From IMG/VR virus record IMGVR_UViG_3300028908_000007, positions 1 through 64,000 of that record: a stretch of DNA of 64,000 nt; one strand, written 5' to 3'. The translations under genes and the position numbers were made by a program. The notes under the pieces were generated by a model. The model saw nothing but the letters and a program-made list of their open reading frames with translations, did not search any database and was not told the DNA's origin. Of this stretch, positions 39,094 through 49,182 are shown in pieces. Numbering within the stretch: position 1 is the stretch's first letter; each line of letters begins with the position of its first letter. Source of the stretch: a virus.

Positions 39094-41513
39094 CCAAGCA
39101 ACATAACGTCGTCGTTGTTGACTATATTGAATAGATTCGTATCTCTACTAAGAGAAACCACGTCTCTATTTTTAAAGTAACCAAAATCCTCTATATAATG
39201 GCTTATAAGAAATACTTGACTAAACTCTTCACTCGTTGTCAGTTCTTTATATACCATCTCATAGGCTTTATCCCGATGTGGACCGTCAAAACTTCTTCCG
39301 AACTCGTCTAGGTATAATGGGTAATCCGTTATACCTAGACGAGATAATATCACAATTTTAAATACTAGGTTTATAATTTCCTGCATAGAAGAACTTACTT
39401 TCGATACATCACTACTAACATGATTCTCAAGACGTACTGGGAAACGGTATGATAAATCGATATCATCTCCTTTACTACAAGGCAAGACTTCTATATCATA
39501 TCGCCATATTTTACTAAGAAGATTATTCATATCTTCCAGTATATAAATAATACCATTCATAATACTTTCTCCTATTATTCCTTCTGTAGGAGAAATAGTC
39601 TTTAATAGTGTCTTAAGTCTGACCTCTTCTAAGCTTAACTTCTCTATTTCCTTTATTGTGTCAGTCAGCGTTCTTTTGATTCTTTCATTTTCTTGTAATT
39701 TATACCTAACCTTTTGCTCTTTCTCTTTGAATTCAGTAATTAGTTTATCGATGGCGATTTGTCTGGATTTTTCAGACATCTGTTTATGAAGACTATTATA
39801 TTTTTTAATTACCTTCTCTCCTTCCTCCATTAATCCTTTTACTGTATTCTTCTTTTCTAAAACTTCCTTATCTGCTTTGATTCTTGTTAAAAGCTCTATT
39901 CTCTCATGAGTCAGTTTGGTTTCTTTCTGTATTAACTCTTCCAGTTCTTTTTCTAACAATTCTACAGTTTCATTAGTTTCTTCAGAAACAGAATTGTTTT
40001 CGATTTCTTCTAACTGTTGTCGTAGCTTCTTATACGAAATAATATCTCCAATACTATTATTTAAGGTAATCCATTTATTTAGAGCACTATTAGTGTCTGT
40101 TAACAATTCCTCTATTGTTATATATTTCCAAACCATAGAGTTATTTATAATAGATTTTATTTGCTGGGCTAGATGATATCTATTGTAAATATCTTCATAT
40201 TTCTTCTTCTCTATTTCTAATTCTTTACGCAAATCTTCTACTGAAGTTTTTTTGGAAGTATTTTCAATATTGAGTTGTCCTATATCTGATATCCATCGAT
40301 GTTTACAATTTGGACACTCCATATGAACTTTCAAAGCGTCTTTCATTTCCTGTAAGTTAATCAAACCAGCTTCCCTTAACTCAGTAGTACGTATTATATC
40401 TTCTAAATGTTGTATTCGTTCTTTTTGGTTTTGTAAATCACTATTTGTGATAGTGCCATAATTATTAGTTTCCAAATAGCTTTCTAATAGATCTCTAAGC
40501 TTATAAGAAATAGATTCCCAATATTCTTGCAATGCGTCGTCTATTTCCCTGGAATGAAACCAAGGATCAATAAGAGATTTTACTTTCTCTATTTTCTTTT
40601 TAATAGATTCTTTATGGTCTTCTAATTCTTGAAGAGTATTTAGCTTTAATTCTTTCTTGAGCTTTAGCTGTTTTGTTTTTCTATCAATACTCTCTCTAAT
40701 TATTTTTAGCTCTCCATTGATTTTTGCTACCAGTTCTTGTAGCTTTTCTATGTCTTCTTCCGAGACAGACTTTCTAAGACTAGGGTCTTTCATTACTCGT
40801 CTGATTTTTGAACTGATCTGTTCAGCTTGTTTTCCATACTCTTCTTGAAGTTTTATATTATCGATAGTATTTCTATTTGGACGTATCTTTCGTAAGTCTT
40901 CAATGGCTGCATTGAAGTAGCAGTCATATTTTTCTAATGTTTTTAATTCGTCATCAGAGAGGATTTTATCCTCTTCTAATACCTTCTTATGTCTTAGGTG
41001 CTTTAAAACGCTCTGTGTGGCTCTCAGACGCTCTGAAATAGCCTTATAGACAGCCAAACCGTATGTGTGATCCTTACCAGATGCCTTTGTAAACCACATT
41101 TTTCTATCAGCCAGTGACATCGTAGTAAATTTATCTATACCAATCATTAATGTCATGGTTTTCGTATCAAAACCAAAATGATCTTCAGCCAAAATAGCTT
41201 GTGTGGATTTATTACCAGACTGATTGAGTTCTTCACCGTCTACGATAAAATGGTACTTTGGTGTCTTTGTAAAGATGCTTTTTAACTCGTATAGTTTTCT
41301 ATTATGTTCGATCTTTAGGATTTTATATCCGTTTTCTTCATAATCGTTCCTATTTGTTGGAAATGGTGTAAGTTCTTCCAATAGAGAACTCTTCCCAGAA
41401 CCATTAGGACCGATGATAATTTGAAGTTTTTCATAAGGCCTATATAGAATTTTATGGGTATTATGTAAATTCGTTCGTTTAAAACCAACGATTTCAATTT
41501 CGGAGAACTTCAT
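39090..41513 (-). CDS. sbcC: SbcC/Rad50-like SMC ATPase
   Basis: GPNGSGKSS Walker A, long coiled coils, CPNC zinc hook, signature SSSM, LYLDEFG Walker B, LISH. True start 41513. Confidence 0.92.
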   Translation of the reverse strand: MKFSEIEIVGFKRTNLHNTHKILYRPYEKLQIIIGPNGSGKSSLLEELTPFPTNRNDYEENGYKILKIEHNRKLYELKSIFTKTPKYHFIVDGEELNQSGNKSTQAILAEDHFGFDTKTMTLMIGIDKFTTMSLADRKMWFTKASGKDHTYGLAVYKAISERLRATQSVLKHLRHKKVLEEDKILSDDELKTLEKYDCYFNAAIEDLRKIRPNRNTIDNIKLQEEYGKQAEQISSKIRRVMKDPSLRKSVSEEDIEKLQELVAKINGELKIIRESIDRKTKQLKLKKELKLNTLQELEDHKESIKKKIEKVKSLIDPWFHSREIDDALQEYWESISYKLRDLLESYLETNNYGTITNSDLQNQKERIQHLEDIIRTTELREAGLINLQEMKDALKVHMECPNCKHRWISDIGQLNIENTSKKTSVEDLRKELEIEKKKYEDIYNRYHLAQQIKSIINNSMVWKYITIEELLTDTNSALNKWITLNNSIGDIISYKKLRQQLEEIENNSVSEETNETVELLEKELEELIQKETKLTHERIELLTRIKADKEVLEKKNTVKGLMEEGEKVIKKYNSLHKQMSEKSRQIAIDKLITEFKEKEQKVRYKLQENERIKRTLTDTIKEIEKLSLEEVRLKTLLKTISPTEGIIGESIMNGIIYILEDMNNLLSKIWRYDIEVLPCSKGDDIDLSYRFPVRLENHVSSDVSKVSSSMQEIINLVFKIVILSRLGITDYPLYLDEFGRSFDGPHRDKAYEMVYKELTTSEEFSQVFLISHYIEDFGYFKNRDVVSLSRDTNLFNIVNNDDVMLLG

Positions 41514-42552
41514 GGATTTAACAAAATTCCAGGTTTTTTCATTAGCTATTGTCGCTGAGAACAAAGAAAGAGATTCGGTAGATATCTCTGCATTACCTAT
41601 AGAATATCTACCTTTTGTGGATGGAAAGCTTACAGAGGTCGTAGAAGAACAAGCAGAATATTTCTTGGAAAATGAAAGACTTTCGACTACTATCAAAAAG
41701 GAAAATGTAGTAATAGCCAAATGGCTTCCATTCGGTCATAGTAATAGAGTTACACCACCAGATTTAATAAAAGGAGAGACCGTATTACTATTTACCTATG
41801 GAGATACGGGAGAATACTACTGGACAACTATTTTCAACGAACCTATCATACGTAGACGAGAGCGAGTAGTATATCTATATGGAAACATGGATGAAGATAC
41901 AAAATACAAAGAAGTCCTTGGTGAAAATAACTCCCATTGGATAGATATAAACGCATATGATAAATATATAAGACTGCATACGTCAGATAACGCAGGAGAA
42001 GCCACTGCGTATGATATCATTCTCGATTTAAAAGAAGGAGTACTTACAATACGTGATGCACAAGAGAACAGCATCGTATTGGATAGTGTAAATGGTGTTC
42101 TAACTGCACAAATCAATGAAAAGATACATGCTATTACAAAAGAAGTCGTAGTGGATTGTGATAACGCTACTGTAAATGCATCTGAAGATATTAAGGCACT
42201 TGCAAAGGGAAATGTTGTGGTAGATGCTGGAAAGAATATATCTGCTACTGCTGGGTCTAACATTAGTGCCAATGCAAGTGGAAACATATCTGCCTCAGCA
42301 GGTGGAAATGTATCAGTACAAGCTTCTGCTGTGAGTATTCAGGCTCCAAACATAGCGTTACAGGGAAATGTAACAATCAGTGGTAGTTTAGCAGTAGCAG
42401 GAGGAATGGCAGTAGGTGGCGGTAGTCCAAGTAGCGGGCAGTTGAGTATCAATGGGAATTTGGTTGGAACTGGTAGCATTAATATCAATGGTGATCTCAC
42501 AGCAAATACACTAACTGCCTTGGTTTCCTGTTCTTGTCCTAACTATCCATAA
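41512..42552 (+). CDS. Baseplate central spike protein (OB-fold + beta-helix; phiKZ gp164-like)
   Basis: AKWLP..SNR.TPPD..KGE.V N-terminal domain; 8-residue repeats (NISATAGS, NISANASG); C-terminal CSC. Confidence 0.75.
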   Translation: MDLTKFQVFSLAIVAENKERDSVDISALPIEYLPFVDGKLTEVVEEQAEYFLENERLSTTIKKENVVIAKWLPFGHSNRVTPPDLIKGETVLLFTYGDTGEYYWTTIFNEPIIRRRERVVYLYGNMDEDTKYKEVLGENNSHWIDINAYDKYIRLHTSDNAGEATAYDIILDLKEGVLTIRDAQENSIVLDSVNGVLTAQINEKIHAITKEVVVDCDNATVNASEDIKALAKGNVVVDAGKNISATAGSNISANASGNISASAGGNVSVQASAVSIQAPNIALQGNVTISGSLAVAGGMAVGGGSPSSGQLSINGNLVGTGSININGDLTANTLTALVSCSCPNYP

Positions 42553-42596
42553 TTTTTTGACTAGTCATATTTCGTTTTTTAATTCCGGAGTTTTTC

Positions 42597-43277
42597 ATGG
42601 CAACACCTGTAACAGCCACAGAATTTAGCAGCGCTAATACCTTTAAGCTTATGTATGAGTGTCCTTCTACGAGCACTTATGCGATCGTAGCTGTAAAGGT
42701 ACTTAATACAGATCCAACGAATAATGCTATTATACGCATTGCTGTATCAACACAAGCAACGACTGCGAACCCATCTCCAGCAAACGATGAGTATATTGAA
42801 TATGCTACCACTCTTGCACCAAAGACCGGTATGGAGAGGGGTAGTATCATTATGGCTCCTGGAGAGAAACTGGTAATCTGGTCTAATACTTCAACAGTAG
42901 CGTTTAGAGTACATGGTTTGGAGAGAATTACCAGCAATCAGGCAGTGAGTGTGGCAAAATCCAGTCCATCTCAAGGAAGCTGGAATACAATCTATACTAC
43001 TCCTACAACAGCAGGAACAAAAACAGTAAACTATGGAACATACCATATCAATATTTTGAACAATGGCGGTAGTGCAGGCGATCTGGATCTTGCCATTTCT
43101 CCAGCCTCTCCTCCACTGAATAAAACACTGATCGAACGCGAACAAACCCTCCAAGCCAACGGAGATGGTCTTATTCACACATGCAATATCATGGTGCCTG
43201 GTGAGAAAGTATTGATCAAACCAACCATCGGTACTATGATTATTCGTGTGGCTGGTATCATGGATCTGAATCCATAG
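42597..43277 (+). CDS. Probable virion protein with two tandem homologous beta-domains
   Basis: Internal duplication (…LN…AxS…IE…L…MxPGEK.L/VI…RV.G twice). Confidence 0.55.
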   Translation: MATPVTATEFSSANTFKLMYECPSTSTYAIVAVKVLNTDPTNNAIIRIAVSTQATTANPSPANDEYIEYATTLAPKTGMERGSIIMAPGEKLVIWSNTSTVAFRVHGLERITSNQAVSVAKSSPSQGSWNTIYTTPTTAGTKTVNYGTYHINILNNGGSAGDLDLAISPASPPLNKTLIEREQTLQANGDGLIHTCNIMVPGEKVLIKPTIGTMIIRVAGIMDLNP

Positions 43278-43288
43278 GACGACATATT

Positions 43289-43319
43289 CCCACCGCTCCC
43301 ACAGATTGGGAGCGGTGGG
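43289..43319. terminator. Bidirectional hairpin between convergent genes
   Basis: cccaccgctccca/tgggagcggtggg 13-bp stem. Confidence 0.75.
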
Positions 43320-43329
43320 TAGTATAAAA

Positions 43330-44196
43330 TCAGGTAAGATTTTTGTAGAAGATAGATGCGGCATCTCCCTCACCACACGGTCCTACCTCAGACAAGAACA
43401 GCTCTGGGTCTTCTGGGAATATGTCTTCTGGTATTGTAGGATTCCATATTGGTCCTGGATCCATTGTCTCCCCTCTGACATGCTTGTCATAGAAAAGATC
43501 ATCCCCATCAATTGCACAATCTGTATAACAGAGCTCGACAGTCTCATCCTGAACGATTGACGGTCCTCCAGGACTATCACAATCATGACCACAACAACCA
43601 TTCAGCAATAGACATTCCATACTATCCATAACTGTCTGATCAAGCGCCATAACATTTTGTAATTCTATATAGCGCTGTTTCCAACTCTTTCGCACAGTAA
43701 TGGCGTTTTGTCTCATAGTTAGAATCTGTTCATGATCGTCATATGGGACTTTCATTACTGCTGAATTCAATACGACTTCAATGCCAGGTGTAATACCTAT
43801 TCTGTCATGAATAACTTGTGCTACTTCATTCACCAACGCAGATAAATCATAATCCACTGGAAGTGGACCAATATCTATCGCCAATGCTTTCGACTGATAG
43901 CGTACACCACTTACTACAGGATACGACAAGACATATGGTTCTGGTATATGTAATACTTCGTTGCCATCCCCTATAAAGGTAATAATCGACTTACCTTCGT
44001 CCAAATGTTGTTTAAAAACACTCTCTGGTACACCTACAGGTTGATAGATTTCTTCATATGGGTTTTCCCCACTAATCTTCATGTCCGGTAGAAGCCGGAT
44101 GGAATATACCTGATAAATTCTAGATGGATTAATTAAAGTGTCAAAAGGTGCTGCTACAGTAATACAGCCTTTTGCACCAATTGTTGGAAGCGTCAT
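43330..44196 (-). CDS. phiKZ-like virion protein with Cys/acidic C-terminal extension
   Basis: P.IG.KG...APF, Y.P.G, IPE.Y..SYP and IGPLP motifs. Start ATG 44196. Confidence 0.6.
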   Translation of the reverse strand: MTLPTIGAKGCITVAAPFDTLINPSRIYQVYSIRLLPDMKISGENPYEEIYQPVGVPESVFKQHLDEGKSIITFIGDGNEVLHIPEPYVLSYPVVSGVRYQSKALAIDIGPLPVDYDLSALVNEVAQVIHDRIGITPGIEVVLNSAVMKVPYDDHEQILTMRQNAITVRKSWKQRYIELQNVMALDQTVMDSMECLLLNGCCGHDCDSPGGPSIVQDETVELCYTDCAIDGDDLFYDKHVRGETMDPGPIWNPTIPEDIFPEDPELFLSEVGPCGEGDAASIFYKNLT

Positions 44197-44220
44197 TTCG
44201 CAATCTCGGGTTTTTAAATC

Positions 44221-44484
44221 ATGAAATTTGGCATAACGATTATAATCGGCTTGATTATGCGATTTCTCCGGGAGTCCTATATTGAGGAAGACGGATATTC
44301 TTTTCACTCCCCAAGATTTGATTTATTCAACTGGACTCTCATTATTGCTTTGGTTATCTCTATTTGTTTAAATTTATATGCGTTTGTAGGATTCATAAAA
44401 CTATCAAAAACATTGTCAGACATCGAGGAGATGATACATGTCGATTGTGCTATACCTAAATCTTCTGTCAGAAGAAAGAACTAA
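44221..44484 (+). CDS. Small membrane protein
   Basis: Hydrophobic segments; divergent from the previous gene. Confidence 0.45.
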   Translation: MKFGITIIIGLIMRFLRESYIEEDGYSFHSPRFDLFNWTLIIALVISICLNLYAFVGFIKLSKTLSDIEEMIHVDCAIPKSSVRRKN

Positions 44485-45655
44485 AATCTATATTGGTGGT
44501 TTTGGTTATCAATACTCTGTAGGTGATAAAAAAGATAAGGGAGTGTCTTCTTATAAAACAAGAAAAGCCACAAAAGAAGGATTAGTAAAGAAGGCAGAAG
44601 ATGAAGCAGAACTCGTAACCATTGAGAAGTATATCGACCTATATTGTGTAACCGATAGAATACCTCTCACATATAAGAATATCAAAGAGTTAAACCATAT
44701 ATACGAAGCTATAGAAAACCTTATAGGAGACGAACACTCTATAACAAAGATAATTACCAATAGTAATGTCATTGCAAGACTCTATAGAAATCATAAAGTA
44801 CCTATCGAATACATACGAAGTAATTCAGACGAAGAACTATTACGTATTGCTGAGCTTAACGCAAAGTACGCATATAAAGTAAAAAAATCAGGAATCGATT
44901 ATAGCGATAGGGTAAGTAGATGGAAACCTAAATATGAGAAATCTGACCTATTTATTAACCAGAATCTGCTCTACTTTACTACAGATAACATCGATACGAG
45001 TAAAACAATTTATATTACATATAAGACAGTAAAGGATACTGATTTTGGTCAGAAACACAATAGCACTATCTATAGCCTATTTATTCCAAATAAACGAGAC
45101 GAGTTAATCGATAGAATTACTGCAAAACGACTTGAAATATCGGATTATAATACTTTAAGTGCTTTATCACTACAACGACTTTACGATGTCGAAGTACAAC
45201 GACTTCTTTATAAAGATTTTGACTCTGTCATAGAAGTTAAATCATCAAGAAGTAATAATCCTCCAAGATACATTACTTGTTTGGATTATATAACTCTGTC
45301 TTGGGATATACTACCTCCAGGCTTGGGGATGCGTATCCTTAACATAGAGAATCAATTAGAACGTTTGATGAAGGAGTGGCTTTCCTGGCTGAATACTCCA
45401 AATAACTTAACATGCTACGAGATAACAGATTCTATAAATGAGTCATTAAGTCCTAAAGATAAGGATGTGTATATAAAGAAATTAAACAAGAAACTCATTT
45501 ATGGTTTGGATCTGCCACCAAGAAATAATTTGAAGAGATTACAAAAACTAAACTATCGCGTCTATATCATAGAACAGGATGAGAGGTTTTACACAGGCAT
45601 CGTTACAGATGAGGGATCTATATTTTGGACAGCGTACTACTCAAATTTCAGTTAA
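44438..45655 (+). CDS. RNase H-like protein (phiKZ gp155 position), active site apparently degenerate
   Basis: GGFGYQY, PPGLG and GLDLPPRN.LKRL motifs and synteny; no N-terminal DG. Confidence 0.5.
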   Translation: MSIVLYLNLLSEERTKIYIGGFGYQYSVGDKKDKGVSSYKTRKATKEGLVKKAEDEAELVTIEKYIDLYCVTDRIPLTYKNIKELNHIYEAIENLIGDEHSITKIITNSNVIARLYRNHKVPIEYIRSNSDEELLRIAELNAKYAYKVKKSGIDYSDRVSRWKPKYEKSDLFINQNLLYFTTDNIDTSKTIYITYKTVKDTDFGQKHNSTIYSLFIPNKRDELIDRITAKRLEISDYNTLSALSLQRLYDVEVQRLLYKDFDSVIEVKSSRSNNPPRYITCLDYITLSWDILPPGLGMRILNIENQLERLMKEWLSWLNTPNNLTCYEITDSINESLSPKDKDVYIKKLNKKLIYGLDLPPRNNLKRLQKLNYRVYIIEQDERFYTGIVTDEGSIFWTAYYSNFS

Positions 45656-45711
45656 CATTTCTAAACACTTTCATCCCGTTTTGGGTTCATCAACTTTGCA
45701 GATAGTTTTTT

Positions 45712-46179
45712 ATGTGGATATTGTTAAAAGTATTTTCCAAGATACTCGGAGATACAGCAATCCATCGATTGATTGTTGGAGGAGTATTAGGATTACTGGT
45801 AGATAGAAATTCGTCCTATGAAGAAATAAAACATATTGTCGATAATATCAATAGGAAACGTGAATTAGCCCACGATCCAGAATCATTGATACTTCCGATC
45901 TGGTTGGCTACGGAAATGTGGAAAGCACCTACAATATGTGAGTTTACGAAGTCGTTTGAATTAAACAACGACTCAGATTGCTCTACACTGAGAGATGCAG
46001 TGCTCCATTCGAATGTAAGTCATAGACAGATCGCTGCTTGGCTGATAGATCGGTTAAACCCGGTATTGCGAAAGCGCATTAGCGGAAAGGAAGAAACATA
46101 TATACACGATATTGTACATCTTTTAGATGACTTTGCTAGTCTTACTACATCCACTACAACCCACGCTCACGCAGCGTGA
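45712..46179 (+). CDS. Hypothetical protein
   Basis: ORF followed by a terminator. Confidence 0.5.
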   Translation: MWILLKVFSKILGDTAIHRLIVGGVLGLLVDRNSSYEEIKHIVDNINRKRELAHDPESLILPIWLATEMWKAPTICEFTKSFELNNDSDCSTLRDAVLHSNVSHRQIAAWLIDRLNPVLRKRISGKEETYIHDIVHLLDDFASLTTSTTTHAHAA

Positions 46180-46199
46180 TTGTGATGGAGATAAAACAC

Positions 46200-46230
46200 C
46201 CACCCTCTCCCAATCCATGGGAGAGGGTGG
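46200..46230. terminator. Bidirectional hairpin between convergent genes
   Basis: ccaccctctccca/tgggagagggtgg stem. Confidence 0.75.
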
Positions 46231-46246
46231 GATAAATAATACTAGA

Positions 46247-47053
46247 TCAGATCTGATCAGAAATCATCTTCATTCCAACATAAAATGCAGAAACGGTATC
46301 TATAACTATTGTGTTATAATATGCCGTGTTTTCTACTGCATTTATTGTAGCTTCCAACAATCCCTTTATGACGATCAACTCCCTGTCGTCGAGTTTCTTG
46401 GCATTTTTATAAAGCTTGTCAACTTTTGAATCAACCGCTTTTATGATCCCATTTACTCTGGATAAGTCTGGAGTAGGGTCTTGCTTTTCAAGTAAGAAGT
46501 GATTCTTTATTGTGCTTACCAAGAGTTTTTCATTTCCATATGCATTCGATACGGTAGATATTTCTACTTTTGAATCCATTTGAAAGTGCGATCGTATATC
46601 ATCATCTACGACTCTATTTATCTTTTCACATTCATCCCTTATTGACTTAATTCTACCATGCTCGTCTACCATTTCTTTCCCATAGACTTTTACTGCGATA
46701 TATTTGTCTAATTGATCTAATATGTCTGCCATAGTGGCTGTTAAATAACTATTCTTTGCTAAGTCCGGATATAGTTTATACATTGGATCTGATAGACCAA
46801 TTGGTATAGGTACGGTATTTGATCTAAGTTTATAGAAGTTTTCCCGAGTTATACGTTTACTCACATACCTTAATGTATTTCGTACAGTAGGAACACTATC
46901 AGGCAGTTGAGTATAGATAGAATTTGTACGGCGAAATATATCAAAAACACCCAACAGATTTGAGAAGCTTCGACTTAGAAAGCCAATGGCTTCCAAACTA
47001 TCTGTTATATTGGTGTAGTCTTCGGAGGAAAAATCCGTAATCTGAATGGACAT
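46247..47053 (-). CDS. Probable virion (head) protein, phiKZ gp153 position
   Basis: SLE prohead-protease-type motif near the N-terminus; divergent from uvsX. Confidence 0.5.
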   Translation of the reverse strand: MSIQITDFSSEDYTNITDSLEAIGFLSRSFSNLLGVFDIFRRTNSIYTQLPDSVPTVRNTLRYVSKRITRENFYKLRSNTVPIPIGLSDPMYKLYPDLAKNSYLTATMADILDQLDKYIAVKVYGKEMVDEHGRIKSIRDECEKINRVVDDDIRSHFQMDSKVEISTVSNAYGNEKLLVSTIKNHFLLEKQDPTPDLSRVNGIIKAVDSKVDKLYKNAKKLDDRELIVIKGLLEATINAVENTAYYNTIVIDTVSAFYVGMKMISDQI

Positions 47054-47111
47054 ATTAAAAACCTAAAAAATGACATAGTCAGAGAATTTCATCAATTTTG
47101 GGAGAAACAAC

Positions 47112-48497
47112 ATGGCAAAACATTCAATAAGTGAACTTCGACAAGTACCAGGGATTCGTCCAATTATCAACATTGGTGCTTGTCTTGATATACCTACATC
47201 CTTGATTACCACAGGTGCTAAAGGAGAAACCATCATCAATGGCGGATTATCCATGCTGACAGGCATTGTTGGTGATGGTAATCTATTTAAATCTACTATT
47301 ATGCATTATATGGTATTAACCGCAGCCGATAGAATTGCTACAGCAAAACCAAATATCTTTACTTATGATACAGAAATGAATATGCATGTAGAGAGACTAT
47401 TTAGTCTTGCTTCTGGTCTAGAACATCTTAGTATAGAAGAGCTGGAAGACCTATGGATTATTACAGATAAAACACAACATCTAGGGGAAGAGTGGTTTGC
47501 TATTATGAAGGACTATATGACATCAAAGAAAAAAGAAGTTACTACACCTTTTGTAAACAGGAAAGGTGAACAAGTAAAGATTATAAAACCAGACTTTATT
47601 GAAATAGACTCTTTGACAGACTTTGAAACATCGAACCAGATGGACTTGTATGACAAATCTGACTTAGGTGAAAGTGGAGGGAATACACTATTCTTACGGG
47701 CGGGTCTGATTAAGACAAGACTTATTCTTGAGTTGGTAAATCTTGTTTACAGATATTCCACATATACTTTGTTTTCAGCACACATGGGTGAAAAGGCAGA
47801 ACTCAATGCCAGACCTGGTATGCGACCAAAGAAGAAGATGCAGTATATGGAAGCAGAAACAAAGATCAAAGGTGTTTCTGATAGAGTATACTATAGTCCT
47901 TCCATCGTATGGAGGCCTAAGAAAGCTGTCAATATGAAAAAAGCAGATAGCCTTAGTCCTGAGTATCCAATAAGAGCAGCGGAGGATGGCAAAGGCGATT
48001 ACACAGAACTCAACTTGGTAACGCTTGTAGCAATGCGATCGAAGAGTGGTAGAAGTGGCTATAGCATAGATTTGGTAGTAAGTCAAGATGAAGGTGTCTT
48101 ACCTACATTGACAGAGTTTCATTTCCTAAAAAGCAATAAGAAGTATGGTATGGAAGGAAACAATGTTCGTTATCATATGGTGTTGTATCCAGAAGTGACA
48201 ATTACAAGACCGTCTGTAAGAGAATTGATTTCTGGTGATCCATTGCTTAGACGAGCTATCAATATCACATCAGAACTACTACAATTACATATCTTTAAAC
48301 CAGAGTTAAAAGCCCAGGGATTACTGTGTAGCCCAGAAGAACTCTATAATGATTTAAAGAAGAAATATGATTGGAAGGAATTATTGAAGACAAGAGGCTA
48401 TTGGACACTGGATCAATATGAGAACAAAGTACCGTATTTAAGTATTATTGACCTGTTAAAGATGCGTACAGGTGAATATACTCCTTACTGGCTCTAA
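47112..48497 (+). CDS. uvsX: UvsX/RecA-like recombinase
   Basis: NIGACLDIPT, GDGNLFKST Walker A, YDTE, IDSL and RSKSG.SG motifs. Confidence 0.85.
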   Translation: MAKHSISELRQVPGIRPIINIGACLDIPTSLITTGAKGETIINGGLSMLTGIVGDGNLFKSTIMHYMVLTAADRIATAKPNIFTYDTEMNMHVERLFSLASGLEHLSIEELEDLWIITDKTQHLGEEWFAIMKDYMTSKKKEVTTPFVNRKGEQVKIIKPDFIEIDSLTDFETSNQMDLYDKSDLGESGGNTLFLRAGLIKTRLILELVNLVYRYSTYTLFSAHMGEKAELNARPGMRPKKKMQYMEAETKIKGVSDRVYYSPSIVWRPKKAVNMKKADSLSPEYPIRAAEDGKGDYTELNLVTLVAMRSKSGRSGYSIDLVVSQDEGVLPTLTEFHFLKSNKKYGMEGNNVRYHMVLYPEVTITRPSVRELISGDPLLRRAINITSELLQLHIFKPELKAQGLLCSPEELYNDLKKKYDWKELLKTRGYWTLDQYENKVPYLSIIDLLKMRTGEYTPYWL

Positions 48498-48522
48498 ACT
48501 TTTTTTTGAGAGATTTTTTCAC

Positions 48523-49182
48523 ATGAGAAAGACTGTTCAGACAAACGACAACGGACTTATCAGCTATAAACTGGACAAATACCTGATTTCCATACCAGAA
48601 TTACCGCCCAGCTTGATTAGGAATACAGAAACACTTGCGACAGCTCCTGATCTTACCTCCCTATTTTTTATACCAACTGGTTATACAGTAGTTACCTCTT
48701 TTGAAAGTATCTATACTGGAAAGACTATTATCGTTTATCAGGACGATAACAATAATTTATTACTTATGGCAGGGTTTTATAAATATGCTAATATGAATCC
48801 AGCATCCCTACATATGGAGGCGTATGGTGTAAGTAGTAATAAAGGAAAAATAGGGGACCAAGTAGATGTTACTTTCGTACAAGAAGATCTTGAAGAGGGA
48901 AGCAGTGGATTCCCTGCACCGATTCCGGCTGGTGGGATTACTGCTGCGTTGCTGAATACTGTAGAGATGGGTAATCCAGATCTTTCAAGAGCCAGTATTA
49001 TTAACACAATGACTGGTAATCGAATTGTAGTACAGTCTACGATTCCGGTTCTCACACTGAGCTTGAATGCTCCTGTAAAGTATCATCCTTGGTTCATTGT
49101 ACCTACAGTAGGTACTGGACATAAGTTTATGAAAGGACAGCTTGGGGAGTATAATGAGATCAGTATACCCGTTCTTCTCTGA
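48523..49182 (+). CDS. Hypothetical protein
   Basis: ORF between uvsX and the vRNAP subunit gene. Confidence 0.5.
   Translation: MRKTVQTNDNGLISYKLDKYLISIPELPPSLIRNTETLATAPDLTSLFFIPTGYTVVTSFESIYTGKTIIVYQDDNNNLLLMAGFYKYANMNPASLHMEAYGVSSNKGKIGDQVDVTFVQEDLEEGSSGFPAPIPAGGITAALLNTVEMGNPDLSRASIINTMTGNRIVVQSTIPVLTLSLNAPVKYHPWFIVPTVGTGHKFMKGQLGEYNEISIPVLL

Noticed and set aside
41514-41720. N-terminal extensions in the ORF track (sbcC; also 1425, 3253, 11234, 26434, 34271, 44307, 51324 starts)
   Set aside because: Downstream starts fit the RBS and domain boundaries better; the extensions overlap other genes, promoters or RNA structure.
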